DNA of 64,000 nt from Basidiobolus meristosporus CBS 931.73 (lineage: Eukaryota; Fungi; Basidiobolomycota), in the NCBI GenBank assembly GCA_002104905.1, contig MCFE01000195.1:70454-134453 (forward strand). Reading direction: 5' to 3'. The notes beneath the pieces were generated by a model that was given only the letters and a program-made list of their open reading frames with translations, had not been told where the DNA came from and ran no database searches. How positions within the stretch are numbered: position 1 is the first letter of the stretch; the number at the start of each line of letters is the position of its first letter. Shown here one piece after another: positions 52,501 through 63,147 of this stretch. Both the position numbers and the translations under genes were made by a program.

Positions 52501-53885
52501 GGTTATGGTAACTAAGCCATTAGCTTCTACGGACTATGGGGTGGTGGAGAGAGTTGATGATGTTGAAGGCTATTATCTCATGTTGACCAGTGCTGGACTG
52601 CTGGAGTAGACATGTTTCATGGGTATTGGCACCAGATGAAAGGGATCTTCCATCAATAACTTCTACTTGGATATGACATGATTTCAGGATAGTGGGGAAT
52701 TTGTGCTTCTGAACAAATGACTGGTCAAGGAGACAGGAGGAAGCGCCAGAATCTATAAGGACTAGGACATGGACAGGACTGGACTTATGGACTTGATAGT
52801 GTATAAGTTTCTTGAATGTTTTATATTTTCATGGGAGGGTCCAGTTGCAAGCCTGTCTTTGTAACTGTACAATGGAGTTTCCCTACAATTTTGGAGAAGG
52901 CTCTGCACTGGATGATTGCAGAAGTTTGAAGCTGGACTTATTGTTGGGGCAAGACTTGATAAAGTGGCCTGGCTGGCCGCAGTAAAGGCAGAGGTTTGCC
53001 TGTTGATATCTGGATCTTTCTTCTTTTGTAGGTTTCTTGTATTTAGCACTGTCAATTTGCTTAGGATCATTGGGCTTATTAGCGGGTGACTGGAATACTG
53101 GGAATGAGGTTGGCTGATAAGTAGGTCAGAACTTTTGTTTCTTCTGGAAAAGTTAACTTTGTCACATTGGATTGCTTGATGTATAGCTTCACCCAAGGTA
53201 GTTGAGTCAGGGAGTGTAAGTAGTAGGTCACTGACTTTGTCATTGAGCCAATCTTGAAACTGACTAACTAGGGCAGTATCACCCCAAAGGCTCAAGTCAC
53301 TGGCTAGTATCCAGAATTTGTAAGCCTACACAGTTGCAGGTCTGTTTCCTTGCTTCAAGTTCTTAATCTTGCTGGCAGCAGTTCTGGCTTTGTCAATGTT
53401 GCCAAAGGTTAGCTCCATTTCTGTGAGGATGGCATGGTAGTCACTGAGTAGAGGGGAGTTGGTGTTCAACAAAGTGGAGAACCATTTCTGGGCAGTTCCA
53501 GTGAGCAGGTAGAGATATAATCAACTTTTGCTTGATCTGTTGGGAACCAATTTGGTTGTAGCTACAAGTGGAGCTTGACTATGTTAACCATGGAACTCAT
53601 TTTGGGAGCCACTGAACTTGGTAGTGGAAGTGATCTTGGGATCATGGTAGGAAGGAGTATGGAAAGGCTGTTGAGGATTTTGGCTCTGAAGCTGAGCAAC
53701 AGTATTTCTGAGTTCTACATTGTCTTGTTGCAGCTAGGCAAAGGAAGCATGACACTTGCAAAGTTGTACTCTGGACTGGACATGTTGAGGTAGCAGGAGG
53801 TTGAGAGGTTTCTTGAGCTTGTTCCGGAATACTGGATATTACTAGCTAATATGCGAGTTATAAAGCCACTAGCTTGTCAAAATAC
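49598..53885 (-). mobile_element. Chromovirus-type (Tf1/sushi clade) gypsy B, decayed, no intact LTRs
   Basis: gag WGDTALVSQF...AIQCD; RT YLDDTLIYS; RNase H ETNASDFALGAILSQ; IN DKLTKMAHFIPC, HPQSDGQTER; chromodomain EFQQVLDSR...LVD*..Y.PNDQTWEP. Confidence 0.9.
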
Positions 53886-54184
53886 AATTATTAAACCAAT
53901 CAATAAACAAAAGACTTATATTTGGCTGCAATAGCCAATATTAATGTGATATACTTAAACTTGGCTACTGGTGCAAAGGTCTCAGTATAGTTGAGTCCTT
54001 TTATTTGAGAGTATCCTTTGGCCACAAGTCTTGCTTTGCATCTTTCTATTATATTCTCAGGCTGGTTTTTTGTCTTGAAGGCCCATCTGTGTCCAATTTA
54101 TTTTTGTTTAATTGGCAATTTGACTAAGATGCTCAATATGGACTGAATAGGCATAGTCTGAGTTTTTACCCTCATTAACATAGT

Positions 54185-54395
54185 AGACTTGTTCCATTGT
54201 GCCATTGATCATAGTGCCAGTAAGTGCTGTATATTTTATTATTAATATGATATTTTAGGGTCATATTTATGTCAATTGTGATCCCAAACCGGCAATGTAT
54301 GGCACTATCTGGCACTCTGTGGCATGATCAGGCACCCTCTGGCATTCTTTGACACTATTGGGGACTATGATCAGCTGGAATGATGGAACAAATCT
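54185..54395. mobile_element. Family P MITE (P2, 211 bp)
   Basis: AGACTTGTTCCAT...ATGGAACAAATCT; TSD AGT/AGC; eight 10-bp GGCACT-type units at 54291-54370. Confidence 0.8.
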
Positions 54396-56849
54396 AGCAA
54401 AACAGGTTATATCTTGTCTGGTTGGGTCTTTGGGCACTTGATACTGATTGGATCTCCGGGCATTTGATACTGGAATGATCACTTCTGGGATATTCTTGGG
54501 CACTGATTTAGGCTGAGCCGTGGTTTTAGAGTCTACTGGAGTGAAATAATCACAATGTTTTGCTCTGATTCAGCCCTGACAATTAGTGGACTCAAGATCT
54601 TAATTTTATCATCATCTGAAGTCATTTTTTGTGAAAATTTGATTTTTCATCAAACAACACATCCCTGGACTTTATCAGCTTCTCTGCTATGGTATGGTGG
54701 AGTATGTATGCTAAACTTGCATTGCAGCAGCCCAAAAAAAGCATTTATAACTTTTAGTTCCAATTTAGACTGTTTTCCAGGCAGCTTCTTGCCATTTGCT
54801 CTACACCAAAATCTCTTGAGATGCTCTGTACCTGATCTCTATCCATACCATGCTTCAAATGGAGTAGAATTGCAGAGTATTCTGTGATGGCTTCTATTTT
54901 TAAAGTATAGAGCAGTTGCAAATGATTCCATTCAGAAATCATAGGATAATATCTCATTATGATTAATAGACTTGCCATATCAGTTATTGTTCTGTTTGTA
55001 TATTCTGCCACTGCATTTTGCTATAAAAAGTATGGTGCAGTAGTCTCTTGCTTTATCCCATGAATTTTGCATAGGTGAATGAAGAGTTTTGAGGTGTATT
55101 CTCCAGCATTGTCAGAGCATATATTCTTAACTTTTCACCAGTGTCTCACTCTACCATGACTTTAAACTCCTTGGGCTTAGACAGAGCTTCTACCTTTCTC
55201 TACATGCAGTAGACCCACAAGTTGTATAATCATCAATGAAAGTGATTAAATACTTCATCCCACCTAAGAAAAAATAGATCTAATTCACTCAGATCTGTGT
55301 GAATTAGATCTATTTTTTCTTAGTTTTGATCAACCCAGAGCTCTTGAATTGTTACTTGGCTTGTTACCAATGTATGCAGACTTCACAGTGCTCCACATTA
55401 ACCAGGGGATCAATTTTACTCCAGAAAATAGCTGATCCTTGATCATGTTGTGCAAAAAATCAAAATTGAGGTGTCCAAATCACCTGTACCAGAGCATTGG
55501 TGTTTCTTCATTTAAGTTATTTATATTGGCATTCAGATATGGTGGAATAGAAGTCAACCTATATAGACTCTTAGCTCTGATACCCAAAGAAGTATGGGCA
55601 CCAATTTGATCAGTGATCTTGCATCCTGAATTGTCAATATGGAAGCTGAATCCTTCTGGAGTGGCCTTGCTTACAGATAGTAGGATCTTAGCTATTTTGG
55701 GTACATATAATACTTGGTTGAATGTAAGTTTAAGGCTTCCTCCACAGCTTTTAAGGTTTACTTGGATAGTTCCTTCTCCCACTACAGCAAGTGTTCTATG
55801 GTTACCCATGAAAACCTTCTCAATTGGAATATCCTGATGTTAGGTGAAAAGTTCTTTTTGGTGTGCAAAGTGTTGAGATGCTCCAGAGTCAATGTACAAC
55901 ATCTGAGAGTCCTTGTTTGTGAGCACATTTAGTGCAGATATGAATATTCTATCCTCTGATGTTGCAGCATTTCCATATTCAGGCTTATTTTGCAGATTAT
56001 CTCACATTTTGAAACACTGGTTGGATGTGTGTACTTCCCATTTGCAGTAGTTACAAAACAGGTTGCTGTTGCCTTTGAAGGGTCTTGAGTGTAGAAATTA
56101 CTAAGTTGTCACCTGAATATTCATGCTAACTTAGTCATTTTGATCTTATTCTTTGATTAGCATTCTGTCCTGACCAAATTTCTTGTTGGGATTTACATGG
56201 AATATTTTCACCAAATTATCAGGTACCCAGATTTTGATCTTTCTCAAGGTTGTCAAAAGCCCTGAAGCTTTGCACAAATATTCCTTGGACCTTTGTGAGC
56301 AAACTCTACATGATTTTTGCTCTACTTTATCAGAAATATAAATACTATACTTTTGATCTATAAATCTACAAGTGAGTAATAGACTTGTTCCATTGGATAG
56401 AGCCACATTGAGCCATGAGTGCCATACAATGCCATAGTGTGTCAGACAGGCCAAGTGAGCCTATACTTGGCCACAGAGTGTGAAACATAGATCTTCATCT
56501 TCATGAAAAGCAGCCTCTGTGTTTCACCTATGATGCAGGAGATAATCCATTTTTTGACATTTTCTTGAGGATCAATATTATGCAAGATGTGTAAGAGCAC
56601 TGAAGGATTGAAGATATACATCTGGTACTCAATACCTGTGGCACTCTGAATCTAGCAACTGTGGCTTGTAACATGTCACAAAAATGCATGGCACTATCTT
56701 GGTCTACTGATACTATCTGGCACTATACTTAAATATTAGCCCTAAAGTAAGATTAATACAAAGCACTTATAGTGTAGGCTCACTTGGCCTCCCTGGCACA
56801 CTATGGCATCCCCTATGAAAAATTATTGAGATGATCCATCAAAAGGCCG

Positions 56850-59201
56850 TCACAAACTTAATGTCACGTGTACTGATCTTGTCAGGACACTGTCCAGAGA
56901 CCATTGAAAAATAATTGCACCCCAGATTTCACAAAAAACTTTGTCAAAATTTTTCATCACAACAATGTATAAGTGGCTTTTGATTGGTTCCCTGCCAATT
57001 TGCTCACTTTCTGATTCCAGACACTCTATTGCCTCCTGTGTTTGTGTGAATTGATTGGCTATTGCCTCTTTTGTACACTCCTTACTTCCTGACTCAACCA
57101 TTTCTCTTACTTTTCATGCGTACAAATTGATTTATTTCCATTGAAACATCAGTTGTACCTCAAATGCCAATTGTATTGACCTATACAAGTCTCTATACCC
57201 TACACTAACATTAAGCCCAACCCCACACTCAACAAGTAACTCCATTAAGATCCACCACTCAATAAGTATTTCTGCTGTAATGCTCTGGCTCCACAACTTT
57301 GGCAGGAACCCAACAGCTTTATGCCACTGTTCATTCACTGGTCCCCACATGGCCTGGTCTTCAGCCAGCACTGCAAGGTCTAGCTCCTCATCTACCAGTC
57401 TTTGCAATAAATCACTGCAATATTCCAGTGCATTTTCTTGAGCACTGCTCTTGAAGAAGTGCTGCAACCTCTTGGTGTGCCTATTAACGTTCCAAAACTC
57501 CACTGAAGGCATTGTGATAGTCTTTCAAGCTCTTGACATTGTAGCCTTGTCTGTCAGTGGGATCTCCACTCAGTCAATAATGGAGGCTGTGGAGGCTGTG
57601 GTAGACAAATTGCCTTTTTCAGCAAACTCATCTACCTTGCTGGAGTGTAGCTCAACTGGCTGCGCTTCCAACTCTTGTGAAAACAGCTGTTTTCTTGTTG
57701 GTAATTCTTCTTAGCTATGATGGGATTCAGTCTGTTCCTGACTTGCGGCATTAATTGGCAAGAACTGCAGTTTTTTTTGCATGCCTCCCTGTCTCAGGCT
57801 TAGGTAGACATTTTTCCCTTTACCTTTTCCTTTATCACTGCCAGGTCTTTCACTGTTACTTAGTCTGAGTGCTTCTTGCAAAGAACTACATTTTCTCCTG
57901 GATAAACTCTGCTCTGACGCATCTGTTTTGGCCTGCTTGTCCCTTGCTGGCACTCTTCTGGCAACCTGACTTTTCTTTTCAGCTTGTTTTGAGCTCTCAA
58001 CTGTAGTTGTGGCAGGCTCCTGTATAAGCGGCTGGTTTTTATCACTGCCAGGTCCTTCACTGCTACTTTGACTGGGTGCTTCTTGAGTGGTACTACGCTT
58101 TTTCCTTGATAAATGTTGTGCTGGTGCATCCATGTCTGCCTGCTTGTCCTTAATTGGCACTCTTCCAGCTGCCTGACGTCTCTTTGACGCTTTTCTGGAG
58201 CTTTTGGCCCTGCTTGTAATGGGCTCTTGAGGAAGCTGCTGGTTTTTAGCCATGGCACCCTTGTTGTTCTGCCTTTGATAGTTTCTGCTATTCTTAAAAT
58301 ACTTTCTTAGCATACCAATGCTGGCTCAAAATTTGTTTGCCTGTTTGAATCCAGCATAATACTCATGGAACAAGTCAAGTGCATTCTGCTTGGCCTTGAG
58401 TTCCTAATGGTCCCATGGTATGCCGGCCTTAAGGTGATGGCATGCTAGACTTCTGACAGCCTCTTGTATATTAACCCACTCTTCATTTTTGCACTCAAGG
58501 GCTTCACGGATCTTCAATGTCTTTTGATTTTTAGGCTTTGGTACAAACACCACATTGTCTCCCTCCCATACTGTGATAGGTTTTTCTGTGGGCTTTATCT
58601 TTGGGCACTGTTGTTGTGCTTCAAAGACTGTACGGTGTTCCTCTGCTGTTACATTGGGAAATGGCTCAATTCTTGGCTGTGACATTGAGCTACTTGAGTT
58701 CCTTCTTTGCAGCAAAGATACTGCTTTCTCTACCTGGGATGTTGATTGCTCTACACGTATTATTTGCTCATCCTGTTTTGGGACTACCTCCTGATTTCTC
58801 TGGGCCATTGCATCTATCCTATCAGCCACTGCACCTAATTGCTTCATTAATGCTTTGGTATAAGCTGACAACATACTTGCTAATATGGGTGGTGGTGATG
58901 TTATTATGGCCACTTGCTGATCTTCAACAGAGGGTATTGCGTTTGCTACATTCTCATCTGCCTGAGCATAATGGTCAGCTTGTGGCTCCACAAAGGTTCT
59001 CAATTGCCTACTTGACTGAGAGCCTGAGGAGTCCGCATTATTACCTTCAATGGGCACACTGTCCACAGGGCCTTTTTTGGATGTAGCCCCGCTTGTTGCA
59101 CTGAATGTCAAAGCAAGCTGTTGTTCAACCGTTCTTCTGTTGCTGTCAGTGGTGGGGTTTGGTTGAGAACCAGACAACTTTGCTTTATTTTTTGGCGGCA
59201 T
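56850..59201 (-). pseudogene. D7 ORF1, ~784 codons in one frame, broken only by nonsense codons; unknown function
   Basis: ORFs 58404-59201, 57711-58313, 57132-57512 and 56850-57101 share one frame; several stops are sense codons in D4. Confidence 0.85.
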
Positions 59202-59687
59202 TTATATGGAAGTGAGTAAAACTAAAGGGGAAATAGTGTTACATATACGTGTATATGTGGTGCCACAACTTTATTAATAAAGCTTACTATGGCAGGTCAT
59301 CATTGAATCTTAAATTCATGTAGGTGCAATGTCTCAAATACAAGACTGTCTTAAGTTTGCATGAGTATTGACCAAAAAGTGATATAATAGCGTTACAGTG
59401 TTGAAGGTCAAACTGTTTGCCCCATGGACAAGACTACTTTGACTCAACGCCGTAAGAGAAGAGAAAAAAGACCATGTGGCTATTGTGGCAAGCCTCTCAG
59501 CCATGAAGCAAGCAGACAGCATAGGAAGTATTACAAGGATCATGGCTAGTGTTTTGCCACCTAAGTCATATTTGACCATTCATTGGTCACAACTGTACCA
59601 ACATTATCTTGCTTGCCAGTTGATACTTTGATATTGGCACCTGGCCATCTTTGTCACCTTGCGCAAACTGAGTCAGGTGAGTTTGTG

Positions 59688-62600
59688 ATGCCTTTAGGCT
59701 CACCTCAGCCTTCTGAATATGGCATGCAGAGTGATAGCTCTGACAAAGAAGGTTCACTGATGGATTTTGAGCCTATCTCCCCAAACAACAGTACTACATA
59801 TGAGCCCGGTCAAATCCCTATATGCAATGAAACAACACCTGTTGAAACAAATGCCAAGGATACTTTATGGAGCCAAGTGAGCCCAGTAATCCATCTACTG
59901 GTGAATGATGTAATGTTGTGGCTAGAGAAGCGGCACGTATCCACTAGTATCAGTAATGGGGGCTTTGAGGACTTATTACTACTTCTTGCCAAAATCATAC
60001 TGGGATGCAACTTACCATGTACATGGTACAAGTGGACAACCGTCATGCGGCTGGCAACATATGATCCAGAGACTGTCCTGATTCCAGCATGTGTTAACAG
60101 TTGCATGGCATTCACATCCAAAAATGCTACCATTGCAATGGGTCCAAATTGTCAGGAATCCACTACCATTGAGGGAAAGCATTGTTCACACTCCGGATAT
60201 ATTCCGGTCATACCTTGTCTGAGGAAGCTGATGCAGTCCAACAAATATTGCAAAGCTATACAGTACCACATTCAGTATCAATCAGGCGCAAACATATCCA
60301 ATATATTTGATGGCAAACATTACAAACAGCTCAGAAGCAAGGGCTACATTGAAGGTATGTATGACCATGCCTTTGCTTTAGCACTGGATGGATTCTCATT
60401 AAACAAGTACTCTACCAGCAAATCCTGCTGGCTACTGATTCTCATCAATCTGAATCTGCCGCCCATCTTACGGTATCAGAGCAATAATCTGATGGTAGTC
60501 TCACTGGTATCTGGGCCTGAATCACCATCCAACCTGGACAGCTACCTGTATCCATTGCTGAATAAATTTTGTATGCTTTCCAGCAGGATACAGTGTAGTA
60601 GGGTGACAGTGACACCCACTGACAGATGTGCTCATTCCCTTATTTTCTACTTCCCTATATCTCTACTACACTTATTTTAGTTTTATCCCATTTGTCTTAC
60701 CCAATCAGTACTATCCCATAAGCCGGTTGACTATCACACCTGCTGACCTTATTGCATAAGTTACCCCTCACTTTATGTAAGATTACCTGCTATAAGTACA
60801 TCTATATTAGGCAAGTACCCGTGCCAGTACCCGTGACACATGATCAACCCGTGTCACCATCCCTATCATTTCCATACCATATATGGTATCCCCATGTTAC
60901 ACAGGTTTCAGAATACTGATTCCTGATTGGTTGGATGTGCTGTGCCTCTTAGAACCTTCCGGCGCCTACTTAGAACATTCTTAGGTCATTCTGATGTCAT
61001 TAAGATATCTATTGAACTCCGGAACCTTCTGGAACACCATGATTAGTAGTCACTTAGCCAGTGAGAAAAGTATATAAGGGAGGCTATCCCTCAACAATAA
61101 ATCATCATCCCTTTTATCAATATACCGACTTGTTGATTAGTGTGATCACTGCTACCTGCTGCTACCTGAACTTCCAACCCTAGACCACAGGACACTCCCA
61201 GGAAACCACGCTGACAGCCAACTGACCTTGGGGGCACTACTTGTGAGGAATACTCAGAGTAGGTATCTTTTATTATATTTGATTCTTTCCCAAGTTTGTT
61301 CTTGTACAGGCAAAGATACTTTTCTGTCTTTGTAACTATTGGCCACAGCTGCATTCTTATCAAGTCCCTGCTGGTGGAGTTTACAGTTGTTTTGACTTTG
61401 GAAGCTTTAGTACATTGTCATCTCAAAGGACGCTGAACCCAGCACATACTTTTGTTAAGACGCCAACTAAGTTGGGGATTGTAGCTCAATAGTTTTCCCT
61501 TGACAAGCTTGTGGCTTTATTCCCCTTCACATTAGATTAGAGACAGAACCCAAGTATTCCTAGCAAGCTTTTGCCAGAGGTTATTGCACCCAGTGAACAC
61601 CCCACACACAAAACACTTGAGAAGTGTTGGATGTATCTCTCCCTTAGACCTATACACCACCACAACGGTAAATGGCTGTCATGTAAAAGTGCATACTATT
61701 ATCTGCATTGGAGATACCCCAGCCATCAGCAGGATAGCAGGTTTTTCCGGGCATAGTGGATGGTATTGCTGTCAAATGTGTGAGATCCAGGGGATTTACT
61801 CCATAACTCACACACATCATTATTACCCAAACACCAGCACCAAGAACATCATCTCTCCATAAAGAGAACGTACAGAAGTAAGCATGCAATTGCAGCAAAG
61901 TTGGCAAGCTATAAGCCATTGGCCAGAATATGGAATCAATTGGAGACCAGAGATACTTAAGATAGAGGGTATCTGTGGGAGCAAAATCTCTCCACTGGGA
62001 GCAATGCATTTGCTTTTCAACAATATCCCTATACTGATGACCAAGTTGTACATGGGGCATTTCAAACTAAATGAGCCCTTTGAGATACCAGAGAAATTTG
62101 ACAGAATTGGCAAGATATTACAGAGTATCTGCTACCCTAAGTACTTCTCACAGGCTCCAATTAATATTCATATGCATATGCAACAATACAAATGCAAAGA
62201 CTGGATGAACTGGATATTTTTATTCAAGTGGTGTTCTGAAGCCATTCCCACCAAGAGTACATTGGAAGCATTGGGAGTCATATGTGGACCTTGTAGGAAT
62301 ATTTATCCAGAAGCAGATCACCAATGCCAACTTGACACATCTACAGCTGTTGTGTGAGGAGTTTGTGACGGGATTTGAGCGGCTATACTACAAACATAAA
62401 GCTGAATGCATAGATCTCTGCTGCTACTATATCCATTCTCTACTCCATCTTGCTCTGTGTGTGTACAATATCAGGCCTTGCTTCACCTTTTGGGAGTTTC
62501 CTATGGAGCAGATGTGTAGGGAGATAGGAAGACAAGTCAAGTCACAGGTACTACCATATCCCAATCTCATCAAGAATATTACCTTCAAGTCCATCATGGA

Positions 62601-63147
62601 TGTGATGAGTTGGCACATGGAGGACAGCCAGAAATAGTTGGAAAATACTGAGGACAAATGTGCACATGGAGACACCTATGCCATGGCATTAAGAAGCTAA
62701 GCAGCCCCAAAGCATGGGTAATCAGTTAAGTAATGCAAAGTTGGGTTGGGTGCAACAAGCAACTAATTTTTATCCGGAAAACTCCACCAAGATATGCCAG
62801 ATTTCTTGTGGTCACAAGCCAACTTCTACACCATTAAATACAGAATTCACACAAACAAAAGCCAGAGCGCACCTATAAGGGGGACCAGAATCCAGCAGGG
62901 AGATGTAATATATTGGCTAAATACCAAGAAGTTCTTTGCGGATATTCAGGAGGTATTCATGGCAGAAGTGGCAACAACCAAGCATATGTTTGCAAGATGT
63001 ATATGCTACCAGCAGTACAAGGTATATGGCAACTTTGCAAGTATCACACTAAAGAGCTGTAAAGTTGAGGTGATAGAAGTATGTCAATTGCAGCAGGTGT
63101 GCATGTTTGTAGAGGTTAGTAAGCAGGAGGCCATAGTTTTTTTTTGA
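59688..63147 (+). pseudogene. D7 Transposase_21-family (CMC/EnSpm) DDE transposase, split by LTR-C
   Basis: ACVNSCMAFT; LALDGF...SCWLLILINLNLPP...SGPESPSNLDSYLYPL; GDTPA...GHSGWYCCQMC; AMHLLFNN; YKCKDW; FWEFPMEQ. Confidence 0.9.
60594..61664 (+). repeat. LTR-C solo LTR (1071 bp)
   Basis: TGTAGTAGGG...CACCACA; TSD ACAG/ACGG (one CpG transition). Confidence 0.9.

Noticed and set aside
54291-54370. Short regular repeats as a CRISPR-like array
   Set aside because: 10-bp units with no unique spacers, inside a MITE, in eukaryotic TE context with no cas genes.
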